From: an uncultured Candidatus Neoarthromitus sp.
GTDB lineage: Bacteria; Bacillota; Clostridia; Clostridiales; Clostridiaceae
DNA length: 32,000 nucleotides
NCBI GenBank assembly: GCA_937890765.1
Contig: CALADQ010000007.1
Location: 125,880 to 157,879 of the forward strand
Direction: 5' to 3'
Notes under the pieces: generated by a model
What the model was told of the DNA's origin: nothing
Databases searched by the model: none
Seen by the model: the letters and a program-made list of their open reading frames with translations, nothing else
In this document: in pieces, positions 1 to 9,937 of the stretch
Numbering within the stretch: the stretch's first letter is position 1
How the letters are laid out: each line of letters opens with the position of its first letter
Program-made: the position numbers and the translations under genes

Positions 1-429
1 AATGGAGCTTATCAAGTTAATTCTTTAGCTAATACTCAGGGCACTCTTGCAGTTGTTGCTGGTTTCTCTCCAGTTTTAAAAGAACAAATAAAGGCCATAA
101 ATAACATTGGAAATTATTTAAGTGAAATTGATATAACAGATTCTCTTCTTGAGAAATATAAAACAATAACTATTTCGTCTTTAGCAAATACTTGTGATGA
201 AATTGATAGAGCTAAAACAGAAATTAGAAATTATTTAGTTGGAATGAGCAAACAAGATTTTAAAAATATGATTGATGAAATTAAAAAAACAAGTTTGCAA
301 GACATAAGAAGCATAGGAAATGTAATTTGTGATATTGGCTTTAATAAAATTGGAGTTTTTGGAAATACAAATATAATAGAAGAGAATCACAAAAAATTTA
401 GCAACGTTTTTACGTTGTCATCAAAATAA
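1..429 (+). CDS. C-terminal part of insulinase-family (M16C, PreP-like) metallopeptidase, truncated by window start
   Basis: Frame 1 is open from base 1 (NGAYQVNSLANTQGTLAVVAGFSPVLKEQI...) through the track ORF at 244 to the TAA at 427-429. 'SLLEKYKTITISSLANTCDEIDRAKTEIRNYLVGMSKQDFKNMIDEIKKTSLQDIRSI' resembles the C-terminal region of presequence-protease-like M16C proteins. Confidence 0.75.
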   Translation, partial: NGAYQVNSLANTQGTLAVVAGFSPVLKEQIKAINNIGNYLSEIDITDSLLEKYKTITISSLANTCDEIDRAKTEIRNYLVGMSKQDFKNMIDEIKKTSLQDIRSIGNVICDIGFNKIGVFGNTNIIEENHKKFSNVFTLSSK

Positions 430-437
430 ATTTATGT

Positions 438-466
438 AAGCACGTTTTTATATCGTGCTTTTTTGT
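438..466 (+). terminator. Rho-independent terminator
   Basis: AAGCACG (438-444) / CGTGCTT (454-460) followed by a T run, just downstream of the peptidase stop. Confidence 0.8.
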
Positions 467-543
467 TTGTATCTTTGATTAGTAACAACTAATTTAAAAT
501 TTCATATATTTAATTATGTACTTAAATTTTAGAGAGGACGTAG

Positions 544-1542
544 ATGGTTCAATATTTTAATGAGTTAAAGAATTTAGTGGAAGACAATTACGATATAACA
601 GTTCTTAATATAATGAAATTTAAAAATGTCTATAAAATTATTGGAGTAGAGGGAGATTTTTGTTTAAAACAATTTAAATATGATTTTTATAGATTGAAAC
701 ACGTTCTTGAAATATTTAATTATTTAATTGAAGAAAGTTTTGAAAATATTTTGGAGATTATACCAACTTTGTCTGGAAGAAAATATGTTCAATTAAATAA
801 TATTTATTTTTACATGACTGAATGGATTGAAAGTAGAGAATTAAATTACAGTAATTTTTATGATGTTATGAGAGCATCTCAGAATATAGCGAAGCTTCAC
901 AATTATAGTGAAGGATTTTCACCTAATTTTAAAATGAAAGCTGATGTGCGTTGGGGAAAATGGATTGAAATTTTTGATAAAAAGATTAGTGATATTTATA
1001 ATTTTAAAAAATTTATACAGGAGAAAGAACGAAATTCCATATTCGATAAAATATTTCTTGAAAATTTAGATGAAAATATTTTTATGGCCAACGAGTCCAT
1101 AGAAAATTTGAAAAAATATGATTACGAAAAAATTGTGGGAGCTCACGAAAAAAAAGGTTATATATGTCATCATGATTTGGCAAATCACAATATTTTGATT
1201 GACTCTTGTAACAAAATTTATTTTATAGATTTTGATTATGTGATTTTGGATTCTTTTCTTCATGATTTAGGTAGTTTTATTGCGAGGGTTTTGAAATATG
1301 GAAGATGGACCACAGATAAATTTAAAATGATAATCAATTCCTATAAAGATGTTAAAAGCATTTCAAAAAATGAAATCTCATTGGCACTTTCCTTTATACT
1401 TTTTCCAAATGATTTTTGGCAACTTGGTATTCAATATTATTGTGAAGATATTAATTGGAGCGAAGAAAAATTTTTAAAAAGATTGACGAGATTTGAAAAT
1501 GATAAAAAGAACAAGCGTGAATTTATATTAAGCATGATTTAA
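544..1542 (+). CDS. CotS-family / aminoglycoside-phosphotransferase-fold kinase-like protein
   Basis: Motifs ICHHDLANHNILI and YFIDFDYVILDSFLHDLG (HxD...N and DFD kinase-type catalytic signatures typical of CotS/APH). RBS GAGAGGACG upstream of the ATG. Confidence 0.8.
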   Translation: MVQYFNELKNLVEDNYDITVLNIMKFKNVYKIIGVEGDFCLKQFKYDFYRLKHVLEIFNYLIEESFENILEIIPTLSGRKYVQLNNIYFYMTEWIESRELNYSNFYDVMRASQNIAKLHNYSEGFSPNFKMKADVRWGKWIEIFDKKISDIYNFKKFIQEKERNSIFDKIFLENLDENIFMANESIENLKKYDYEKIVGAHEKKGYICHHDLANHNILIDSCNKIYFIDFDYVILDSFLHDLGSFIARVLKYGRWTTDKFKMIINSYKDVKSISKNEISLALSFILFPNDFWQLGIQYYCEDINWSEEKFLKRLTRFENDKKNKREFILSMI

Positions 1543-1566
1543 AATTAATTTTTGTTAGAGGTAAAA

Positions 1567-2301
1567 ATGAGTTTTAAAAGTTATGTTATGTCGAAGGGAA
1601 TTTATGAAATTGGTGAAAGTAATTGCACATGTTCGTTTAATAAACAATTTAATTATGAATTTGTTTGTGAACATATCAATTTAATTTTTGATATTCATGA
1701 GCGTTTGAAGGGATGCTCAATTCCAAAACAAAATTTGTTAAACAAAATGGTTGAAGATTTTAAAGTTTCTGAAAAAATTTTAAAGGAAGATTTATCTAAG
1801 TATCAATACAATTTTAAAAATGAATTTGAAGAAAATGTTTTAAAGTTTGGTGAAAATGTTTTAATAAGAATACAAAAAATATTGGATGTGATTCACAAAA
1901 ATAATTATGAGAATTTGGTTTTAAGGAGCATTAAACTTAGAGAATTTTGCGTTTACAATACGCATTTAAATGATATTTTTTCAAATCAAAATCACAAAAT
2001 ATTTATTAAAAGTATTGAGGATATTTGTGAAAATATGGTTGAGTATGATTACGTAAAATTTTTTACGAGATTGAAGAGAGGAAATTGCGATTTAGATTTT
2101 TTGAAATGTTGTGCTTACGTTTGTGGAAAAGAAAAATTAGGTATGGATAGTTACAATTTTATTTTGGCTTGCATTAGTTTTCCCTACGAATTTGTAAGAG
2201 TTATCTCAAAATATAGAGATTTAGGGGGACATTTGAACAATTATTTTAAAGAAATTAATTTTGAAAATGTTTTGAAAAAAGATGGACAGAGTTTTGTTTA
2301 A
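1567..2301 (+). CDS. Degenerate CotS-like protein (probable pseudokinase, C-lobe-like only)
   Basis: Start moved from track TTG 1552 to ATG 1567 (AGAGG RBS at 1557-1561). 'REFCVYNTHLNDIFSNQNHKIFIKSIEDICENMVEYDYVKFFTRLKR' aligns by eye with 'KGYICHHDLANHNILIDSCNKIYFIDFDYVILDSFLHDLGSFIARVLK' of the upstream gene. Confidence 0.6.
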   Translation: MSFKSYVMSKGIYEIGESNCTCSFNKQFNYEFVCEHINLIFDIHERLKGCSIPKQNLLNKMVEDFKVSEKILKEDLSKYQYNFKNEFEENVLKFGENVLIRIQKILDVIHKNNYENLVLRSIKLREFCVYNTHLNDIFSNQNHKIFIKSIEDICENMVEYDYVKFFTRLKRGNCDLDFLKCCAYVCGKEKLGMDSYNFILACISFPYEFVRVISKYRDLGGHLNNYFKEINFENVLKKDGQSFV

Positions 2302-2311
2302 AGAGGTAGTT

Positions 2312-3355
2312 ATGTTTAAAAATTCTATTTATGATAACGCACTAAACTGTGAAAATTATAATTTAACATACGATTTTTTGAATGGCGTTTTGGGAATTGA
2401 TGTTGTGGAGTGCTATCCAACGAAATATGGTTTTCATATTTTGGACGACAATGAAAAATCTTATATGCTTTGTGAAATTAATTCTAATGAAATTCACAAA
2501 TACAATTATTTATTTGATATTTTGAATTTGTTTGAAAAAAAATGTGGAAATGTTTTGGGCATGCACACTCATGATTCAAAAAATATATTTTATGACAAAT
2601 TAAACAATGAAAATTATGTTGTATTTAAATGTGGAAATTACATTAAGTATAGTGATTTTGATTTTTGCAAAATTGAAAATAGTTTAAAAAATTTTTATAG
2701 CTTGTCCGAATCATGTTTAAATGATTTTAAAAATTTTAATTTGATAGAAGACATTGAGCTTTTAAGAGTTGGTCAAGATTTTAAATTAATAGGTCCAAGA
2801 CTTGAACGAATTAAAATATTAAATAAAATTGTGGAATTCTCTGACGACAACGATATGAAAAAATTTTTGAATCATCATTGCAAAATTTTGTTTAATTATC
2901 TTTTGAATGTTAGAGAATTTTTTTTAAGTCCTCTGTACAAAAAATATTGTGAAAATCATAAAAACATAAGATTTATAAATGGATGGCTTTCGAATAGAAC
3001 TTTTGCGATAGAGAATGACAAAATAAATTTGTGCAATTTTTACAACTCGTCGATTAATTTGTTTGTAAAAGATTTATCGTCCTTAATTGATAAACTTATT
3101 CCTTATTTCGGAAATGAAATTTTGTTTAAATTTATTTTAAATATTATCGAAAATTTTGAAGGCGATAAGCGAGAACATTTAAAAGTTCTGAAAAATTATA
3201 TTAAGTTTAATAATTCTTTGGAAAAATTTTTTGGAGAGAGCTTTTTAAAATTTAATTGCGAAAAATTTCAATATTTTTCAGAATCCAAGTTGATTGAATT
3301 AAATAATCTAAACAAAAAACTAAATGATTTGTTAAATCTGATATCCTCCTTTTGA
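2312..3355 (+). CDS. CotS-like kinase-fold protein with substituted catalytic motifs (probable pseudokinase)
   Basis: Start placed at ATG 2312 (AAAGAGGTAG RBS at 2301-2310). 'RFINGWLSNRTFAIENDKINLCNFYNSSINLFVKDLSSLI' aligns with the HHDLANHNILI...IDFDY...HDLGSFI segment of the first gene. Confidence 0.65.
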   Translation: MFKNSIYDNALNCENYNLTYDFLNGVLGIDVVECYPTKYGFHILDDNEKSYMLCEINSNEIHKYNYLFDILNLFEKKCGNVLGMHTHDSKNIFYDKLNNENYVVFKCGNYIKYSDFDFCKIENSLKNFYSLSESCLNDFKNFNLIEDIELLRVGQDFKLIGPRLERIKILNKIVEFSDDNDMKKFLNHHCKILFNYLLNVREFFLSPLYKKYCENHKNIRFINGWLSNRTFAIENDKINLCNFYNSSINLFVKDLSSLIDKLIPYFGNEILFKFILNIIENFEGDKREHLKVLKNYIKFNNSLEKFFGESFLKFNCEKFQYFSESKLIELNNLNKKLNDLLNLISSF

Positions 3356-3378
3356 TTTTTGGAGGATTTATTTTTTTG
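3343..3378 (+). terminator. Rho-independent terminator overlapping the stop codon of the upstream CDS
   Basis: ATCCTCC (3343-3349) / GGAGGAT (3361-3367) plus T-rich tail; stop TGA 3353-3355 lies in the loop. Confidence 0.75.
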
Positions 3379-3460
3379 AAAATCACAAAATTCTTTAATC
3401 GCATTGTTTGTATAAAATATAAAAACTACTTAAATAATAACTTTAGAGGTGGTTTATTCG

Positions 3461-4276
3461 ATGGATACATATTCACATTTAAATATAACTGACGTTCTAG
3501 AAATAATTAGAAAAGTTAATCCTGTAAAAATTTTAGATGCCAATGTAGGATTTGGACGTTGGGGAATACTTTGTCGTGAACTTCTCGAAAGAGATAATAA
3601 TGGAAAAATTAAAAGACCAGATCTTTGGAATTTAAAAATAGATGGCGTGGAAAATATAGAAAACAATCAATTACATAATTATCATGATGTTTTTTATGAT
3701 AATATTTATAGACAAAGTTTGCAGGGATTTTTACAAAATCATCTTTCGCTTTATGACATAACAATTTTTTCAGAAGTATTAGAAAAATTTCCGCAAAATG
3801 TTGGACTAGAGATGATAAAAAATGCAATGGAGATTTCAAGATTTATTTTAATTTATGTTAAGCTTGGTGAACATAATGATTCTCAAAATGATAGAGCGAC
3901 AATTTGGAATGAAAATAATTTTTCAAATTACATCGTTGTAAACAAAATAATTTTAAATGATAAATTTGGAAACAATTATGGAATATTTCTTTTAGAATGC
4001 GATACAACTAAAAGAATTTACAATAAAAATGTTGTTATATATGGTTTGGATGATTATTTCGATTTGTCAGTAAAACCATTTGTTAATGAAAGCAGAATAA
4101 TTTGTTTTATGGAAGAAAATGTTTTTAGACAGGGGCTTTTCTTTATGAACAAAATGATATATACAATAAAGGGCGTTAGAAAAATTAAGGAAGATTTTTT
4201 GATTATCATAGCTAGCGTTTTTTACAGAGATATAAAAAGGAAATTGGAAGCAGCAAGCTTATATAATTTCATTTAA
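3461..4276 (+). CDS. Class I SAM-dependent methyltransferase-like protein
   Basis: Glycine-rich motif 'ILDANVGFGRWGILCRELLE', then 'DITIFSEVLEKFPQNVGLEMIKNAMEISRFILIYVKLGEHNDSQND'. ATG at 3461 follows TAGAGGTGG; the track start is 3449. Confidence 0.6.
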   Translation: MDTYSHLNITDVLEIIRKVNPVKILDANVGFGRWGILCRELLERDNNGKIKRPDLWNLKIDGVENIENNQLHNYHDVFYDNIYRQSLQGFLQNHLSLYDITIFSEVLEKFPQNVGLEMIKNAMEISRFILIYVKLGEHNDSQNDRATIWNENNFSNYIVVNKIILNDKFGNNYGIFLLECDTTKRIYNKNVVIYGLDDYFDLSVKPFVNESRIICFMEENVFRQGLFFMNKMIYTIKGVRKIKEDFLIIIASVFYRDIKRKLEAASLYNFI

Positions 4277-4310
4277 AAAAGACTTTAAAATTTTAAAGTC
4301 TTTTTGTTTT
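4276..4310. terminator. Probable bidirectional Rho-independent terminator
   Basis: Perfect inverted repeat AAAAAGACTTTAAAA|TTTTAAAGTCTTTTT at 4276-4305, between convergent genes. Confidence 0.8.
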
Positions 4311-4337
4311 TTGTATTTTTATATGACTTTATTGAAA

Positions 4338-4568
4338 TTATGAAAATGAGTTTCCTAAATAATTTATACAACAATCCAAATTTTGAAATAAAGGCTCTAT
4401 TGTGCTTTTGAACTCCCCAATTTGATAATTGACAGGCTGATTAAATAAAATTTGCTCAGTCTTAATATTAAACACTAAAAGATTTGTAGAATTAATATCG
4501 TAGTTAATTGATATGTTTTCATTATTTGATTTAACGTAATTAAGTAATTCATCTAGTGATTCGAACAT
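4338..4568 (-). CDS. Small hypothetical protein (76 aa)
   Basis: Minus-strand ORF with a strong RBS (GTGGAGGTATAAGAAA-ATG) and no overlap with another gene. Confidence 0.6.
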   Translation of the reverse strand: MFESLDELLNYVKSNNENISINYDINSTNLLVFNIKTEQILFNQPVNYQIGEFKSTIEPLFQNLDCCINYLGNSFS

Positions 4569-4673
4569 TTTCTTATACCTCCACTAAATTTCTTATTTAT
4601 ATTAATTGCAGTTAATTATAAAATTATTCAATATTTTTATTGTTGTATGTTAAAATATTTGCGAGGTAGTTTT

Positions 4674-6440
4674 ATGAGTGAATGGATACTTAGAAATAAA
4701 AAATCTTTTATACAAAATTATAATGATTTGGATATATCTCCAAAATTTTTGAAATTGCTCATTAATAGAGGTTTTAAAAATTTTGAAGATATATACGACT
4801 ATATAAATTTAAATGAAAAATTTTTGAATGATGCAACCGAATTAAAAGGCTTCGACGAATTTATGAAAATAATTTTTTATTTGAAAGATAGTGGTAGGAA
4901 AATTAGAATCGTTGGTGATTACGATGTGGATGGAATTATAAGTGTGTACATATTAAATAAAACTTTTAAAGATGTCGGCCTTAACGTAGATTTTGTTATA
5001 CCACACAGGATTAAAGATGGATATGGAATAAACAAAGAAATTGTAATTCAAGCAAAAAATGATGGAATAGATACTTTGATAACTTGTGATAATGGAATTT
5101 CTGCTTTTGAAGTTGTGGAATTTGCAAAAAGTCAAGGATTAAAAATTATAATTACGGACCATCACGATATTCAAACTAAGATTGATGAAAATGGAGAAAA
5201 AATTTTCGTAATTCCAAATGCCGATTCGGTTGTTAATCCAAAACAAGAAGATTGTAATTATAAATTCAAAAAACTTTGTGGTGCTGGAGTTTGTTTTAAA
5301 ATTTGTTCGGAAGTTTATAAAGCATTTGGATTTGGTGATGAGGGAATGAAACTTTTAGAATTTGTGGCGATTGCTACGATTTGTGATGTTGTTGATTTGG
5401 AAAAAGAAAATCGCTTCATTGTCAAATACGGAATGGATTTAATAAATGATTCAACAAATATTGGTATAAATGCCATAATCGATGCGAACTCGTTGACTAA
5501 GGGAAAAATATTTTCGTACGAAATAGGATTTTTAATAGGGCCATGTTTAAATGCGTTGGGAAGGCTTGAAAGTGCAAAAAAAGGAATTGAACTTTTGCTT
5601 TGTGATGATTTTGAAAAAGCTAAAAAGATGGCTGTTGAAATTAAAAATTTAAATGATAAACGAAAAGATTTAACGCTCGAGGGATTTGTGCAGTGTGTTA
5701 ACATAATTGAAGAAAATTTTTACTTCAATGACAAAATAATTTTAGTTTACAATGAAAACATACATGAAAGCGTTGCAGGGATTATTGCTGGGCGAATAAA
5801 GGAAAAATATTATAAGCCAACTATAGTTTTAACTAACAGTGGTGAAATTTGTAAAGGCTCAGCTCGTTCTATTGAAGGAATAAATATATTTGATGTTTTG
5901 ACGAGAAGTAAAAGTTTATTAATTTCGTTTGGTGGTCATGAGATGGCGGCAGGGTTGTCCATCGCAAAGAATAATATTGAAAAATTGAGAATGAAAATTA
6001 ATTCTTTTGATATAGATGAAAAAATATTTTCAAATAAAATTTATGTTGATTTGTTTCTCCCAATTCAAGATGTTGATTATAAATTTGTTACTGATTTATT
6101 TTTGCTCGAGCCTTTTGGGAAATCAAATCCAAAAATTATTTTGGGCGACAAAAATTTAAAATTATATTCAATAAACAGAATATGGAAAAAACAAAATTAT
6201 ATTTCACTAAAAATTATTTCGAGCAACGGAAAAATTTTTGATTTTGTTTATTTTGGAGATGCAAATGAATTTGATAAATCATTTTCAGAAAAGTATGGAG
6301 AAAATAATTTGAAATTAATTTATTCGGGGAAGGCAAATCTAAATTCAAAATTTTTTATTGATATTTTATATGAGGTAAAAATTGAAACTTATAATTTTAA
6401 CGAAATGATTAAATATTTTTTGTACAAATATAGATTTTAA
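4674..6440 (+). CDS. recJ: Single-stranded-DNA-specific exonuclease RecJ
   Basis: DHH-family motifs RIVGDYDVDG, ITDHHD, LNALGRLESAKKG, ARSIEGINIFDVL and FGGHEMAAG. ATG 4674 follows GCGAGGTAG; track start is 4647. Confidence 0.88.
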   Translation: MSEWILRNKKSFIQNYNDLDISPKFLKLLINRGFKNFEDIYDYINLNEKFLNDATELKGFDEFMKIIFYLKDSGRKIRIVGDYDVDGIISVYILNKTFKDVGLNVDFVIPHRIKDGYGINKEIVIQAKNDGIDTLITCDNGISAFEVVEFAKSQGLKIIITDHHDIQTKIDENGEKIFVIPNADSVVNPKQEDCNYKFKKLCGAGVCFKICSEVYKAFGFGDEGMKLLEFVAIATICDVVDLEKENRFIVKYGMDLINDSTNIGINAIIDANSLTKGKIFSYEIGFLIGPCLNALGRLESAKKGIELLLCDDFEKAKKMAVEIKNLNDKRKDLTLEGFVQCVNIIEENFYFNDKIILVYNENIHESVAGIIAGRIKEKYYKPTIVLTNSGEICKGSARSIEGINIFDVLTRSKSLLISFGGHEMAAGLSIAKNNIEKLRMKINSFDIDEKIFSNKIYVDLFLPIQDVDYKFVTDLFLLEPFGKSNPKIILGDKNLKLYSINRIWKKQNYISLKIISSNGKIFDFVYFGDANEFDKSFSEKYGENNLKLIYSGKANLNSKFFIDILYEVKIETYNFNEMIKYFLYKYRF

Positions 6441-6453
6441 AAGGTGATGACGT

Positions 6454-8121
6454 ATGCAAATATATGACATTGAAGGACATGACAGTATCATAAATTCTTT
6501 TAATGATATTGTTATAGTTTCGGATTTAAACAACAACATTAAATCTTATAATAAACGAGCATATAAATTTTTTTCATTTGATGAAAATTTTTTAAAGGGA
6601 AAGAATGTTTTAGATTTTATAAAATCTTTTGAAGTTGATGTCCATGATAAATTTGTTGAGGGAAAAGAATTTGATTTTAATGAAATAATGACTCGTGGAA
6701 ATTTGAAAAATGATACAAAGACAATTGTTCTTAAAAAAACTTTGAGAAGGTCAGAATTATTTTTTAAATTTGGAATGTACGAACACAAAAATCAAAATGA
6801 TGAGGTCATTGGGAATATAGTTATTCTTACGGACATTACAGAAATATATAAAGCTTACAAAGATTTGTACAAAAACAACGAGTTAATAAAACAGTATGTT
6901 ATTGAAATGAAAGGAATATTGGATATACGCCAAAGAACAAATCAAAAAAAAGATAACCACGTAATTCACGTTAATAATATAATAAATAATTTGCATGAAG
7001 GAATAATTGTTGTTGATAATTATTTCAACGATATTTTTTGCAATGAAGCTTATAAAAATATTTTAGATTTTACGCCAATGGAATTTATATCTCTGAAATT
7101 TTTGGACAATTATAAAGTTGAATGTATAAGCGACCCCAAAATGCACATTAGGGATTTTTTGAAAAATTTAAAATACAAAAGCAACAAGAAAAGCGAACAA
7201 TTTTTATTTAAAAATATTTTAAATGGTGTGGAAAAATATTTTCAAATAACATTAAACTCTATGGAATCAAACAATGAATCTCACATTAGATATCACAATG
7301 TAATTACTTTTTCAGATATAACTGATATGAAGCAACAAGAAATTTTGAAAGATGATTTTTTTAACATGGTTTCTCATGAACTTAGAACTCCGATAACTTT
7401 AATAAAATCTTCACTTCAAGCTCTTGAAAATATTTGTAAAGATGAGCTAACTGAAAATATGAAAAAATATTTAAATATGATGAATAAAAATAGTTCAAGA
7501 CTGTTAAAACTTATTAATAATATACTAGATTTATCCAAAGCAGAATCTGGATACATGTCACCAGTTATAGCTTGTTTTGATATAGTAGTTATAACAGAAG
7601 ATATTGTAACTTCAATCAATATTCACGCAAATCATAAAAAAAATATACAAGTTATCTTTGAACCAAATGTTGAAGAAGCTTATGTATATTTTGATAAGGA
7701 CATGTACGAAAAAATATTGTTGAATTTGTTATCAAATGCCATAAAATTTACTCCAAATAATAAATTTGTTTATGTTGATTTGGTAATTTCAGAAAATAGT
7801 TTTACTTTAAAAGTTAGAGATCAAGGAGTTGGAATACCACAAGATAAATTAAATGATATATTCGACAAATTCATACAAGTTACTTCTATTTTGAGCAGGG
7901 GGGCAGAAGGGAGCGGAATAGGTTTGTCTTTGGTCAAAAAATTTGTTGATATATTGAATGGTGAAATAACAATTTATAGTAAAATTGGTGTAGGAAGTGA
8001 ATTTAAGTTAACTTTTAACAATATGAAAATAGGAAAAGAATTAGACAATGCGGAAGATATATTTATAAATGATGATATAGATGGAAGAGTAGAACTTTAT
8101 TTTTCTGATATATATTCCTAA
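6454..8121 (+). CDS. PAS-domain sensor histidine kinase
   Basis: H-box FNMVSHELRTPI, N-box NLLSNAIKFTPN, G-box VRDQGVGIPQDKLNDIFDKF and GSGIGLSLVKKFVDILNG, with two PAS-like regions upstream. RBS AAAAGGTGATGACGT-ATG. Confidence 0.92.
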   Translation: MQIYDIEGHDSIINSFNDIVIVSDLNNNIKSYNKRAYKFFSFDENFLKGKNVLDFIKSFEVDVHDKFVEGKEFDFNEIMTRGNLKNDTKTIVLKKTLRRSELFFKFGMYEHKNQNDEVIGNIVILTDITEIYKAYKDLYKNNELIKQYVIEMKGILDIRQRTNQKKDNHVIHVNNIINNLHEGIIVVDNYFNDIFCNEAYKNILDFTPMEFISLKFLDNYKVECISDPKMHIRDFLKNLKYKSNKKSEQFLFKNILNGVEKYFQITLNSMESNNESHIRYHNVITFSDITDMKQQEILKDDFFNMVSHELRTPITLIKSSLQALENICKDELTENMKKYLNMMNKNSSRLLKLINNILDLSKAESGYMSPVIACFDIVVITEDIVTSINIHANHKKNIQVIFEPNVEEAYVYFDKDMYEKILLNLLSNAIKFTPNNKFVYVDLVISENSFTLKVRDQGVGIPQDKLNDIFDKFIQVTSILSRGAEGSGIGLSLVKKFVDILNGEITIYSKIGVGSEFKLTFNNMKIGKELDNAEDIFINDDIDGRVELYFSDIYS

Positions 8122-8169
8122 GGTATTTTAGTGTATTTTTAATGTTAATTTTTAAGAGGTTAATTTACA

Positions 8170-9237
8170 ATGAAAAAAAAGATTGTTTTAACAGGTGGGG
8201 GAACGGCAGGACATGTTATTCCTAATATTGCAATCATCCCGAAGTTGCGAAGCAAGGGATATGAAATAGTTTATATAGGAAGTAAAAATGGAATAGAGAG
8301 TAAGCTTATAGAAAATGAAAATATAAAGTATTATGGAATAAGTACAGGAAAACTTAGAAGATACTTCGATTTAAATAATTTTAAGGATCCATTTAAAGTA
8401 ATAAAGGGAATTTTTGAAGCATCTAGTATTTTGAAGAAAGAAAAACCAGATATTGTGTTTTCGAAAGGTGGTTTTGTTTCAATTCCTGTTATACTTGCAG
8501 CTTTTAAAAATAAAATTCCTGTTGTATCCCATGAATCAGATATTACACCAGGACTTGCGAACAAAATTTCTATTCCTTTTACAAAAAAAGTATGTATAAC
8601 TTTTCCTGAAACTAAAAATTTTATAAATGAGAGTAAGGTTGAGTTTACAGGAACTCCGATACGAGAAGATTTATTTTTAGGAAATGAAAATAAAGGAATA
8701 AAGATATGTGGTTTTAATAATGATAAGCCTAATGTTTTGGTAATGGGAGGAAGTCAAGGTTCAGTTTTTATAAATAATTTAATTAGGAGAAATTTGAATT
8801 ACTTATTAGATAAGTTTAATATAATCCATATTTGTGGAAAAAATAATGTAGATAAGTTTTTAAATAATGTAGGTGGATATGTTCAATATGAATATGTTAA
8901 CGATGAACAAGCTCATCTATTTAAGATAAGCAGTATTGTTATCTCCAGAGCAGGTTCAAATAGTATACACGAGTTATTGGCATTAAAAAAACCCAATATT
9001 TTAATACCTTTGTCTCGTAATGCAAGTAGAGGAGATCAGATTTTAAATGCTAAATCTTTTAAGGACAGAGGATTTAGTGAGGTCTTAGAAGAAGAGGAAT
9101 TAACAAGTTTTGAAATATTAATGTTAAAGTTGGAAAATGTTTATTCTAATAGGGAAAAGTATATAAAAAATATGGAAATAGAGTCTATTAATTCAATTGA
9201 TAAAATTGTTAATATATTAGATAAATATTTAAAGTGA
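8170..9237 (+). CDS. murG: UDP-N-acetylglucosamine--N-acetylmuramyl-(pentapeptide) pyrophosphoryl-undecaprenol N-acetylglucosamine transferase
   Basis: [56 protein letters not shown] and [14 protein letters not shown] motifs. Confidence 0.93.
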   Translation: MKKKIVLTGGGTAGHVIPNIAIIPKLRSKGYEIVYIGSKNGIESKLIENENIKYYGISTGKLRRYFDLNNFKDPFKVIKGIFEASSILKKEKPDIVFSKGGFVSIPVILAAFKNKIPVVSHESDITPGLANKISIPFTKKVCITFPETKNFINESKVEFTGTPIREDLFLGNENKGIKICGFNNDKPNVLVMGGSQGSVFINNLIRRNLNYLLDKFNIIHICGKNNVDKFLNNVGGYVQYEYVNDEQAHLFKISSIVISRAGSNSIHELLALKKPNILIPLSRNASRGDQILNAKSFKDRGFSEVLEEEELTSFEILMLKLENVYSNREKYIKNMEIESINSIDKIVNILDKYLK

Positions 9238-9277
9238 AAAAAGGAGAATTCATTTTTTAGTTGAATTCTCCTTTTAT
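9238..9277. terminator. Bidirectional terminator between convergent genes
   Basis: AAAAAGGAGAATTCA (9238-9252) / TGAATTCTCCTTTT (about 9262-9275); includes the minus-strand gene's stop codon (9274-9276). Confidence 0.85.
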
Positions 9278-9855
9278 ATTGAGAAATTTTTATATAATCC
9301 ACCACTTAATATATTCAATAATTTTTCGGATAAAATAATTATCCATTTTCCATTTTTTTTGTTTAAAAATACATCTAAATTTGCGTAGGTTTTATATTTT
9401 TTTGATTTAAGAGATTTAAGAAAATCTTCATGACTTATGTTTTCAGAATTTTTAAAATAATTTATGATGTGTCTTGATAAATCATAATAACTAAAATTTA
9501 TATTTAATTTTGATTTATTAAATATAGTTTTTGATGATATAATTTCAAAAGATATTGAGTTAATTAATTCTTGAAATGTATCTAATATTTCGATTTCAGT
9601 TTGGGTTTTTGCACTTAATTTTTGTTTATGTATTATTTCCTTAATATTTGCAATTTTGTATTCATTATTTAGATTATCAAATGTTTGTGATTCTCCAATT
9701 TTATATGCGTCCATAAAATTTTCAAATTCATTTTTGCTTGCTGTGCTTTTAGTATATAAAAAATAAATTGTGATTGAAGATATAGACAAAACAATTGTTA
9801 TTAGACTCAATATGAAAAGTTGTTTAAATAATAAAGTTTTACGAGTATATTTCAT
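9274..9855 (-). CDS. Hypothetical membrane-anchored extracytoplasmic protein (193 aa)
   Basis: N-terminal hydrophobic segment LFILSLITIVLSISSITIYFLY followed by a soluble domain; RBS AAAGGAATGG. Confidence 0.65.
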   Translation of the reverse strand: MKYTRKTLLFKQLFILSLITIVLSISSITIYFLYTKSTASKNEFENFMDAYKIGESQTFDNLNNEYKIANIKEIIHKQKLSAKTQTEIEILDTFQELINSISFEIISSKTIFNKSKLNINFSYYDLSRHIINYFKNSENISHEDFLKSLKSKKYKTYANLDVFLNKKNGKWIIILSEKLLNILSGGLYKNFSI

Positions 9856-9937
9856 TATTTACCATTCCTTTAAGTAGAGAATTAATTAATATTTTAGATT
9901 TGTATATGATACGTAATCTTTGAAAAGGTGATTATTT

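Noticed and set aside
1552-3355. Possibility that the second and third CotS-like genes are pseudogenes
   Set aside because: Long intact frames, tight spacing, good RBSs and a proper terminator argue for maintained genes.
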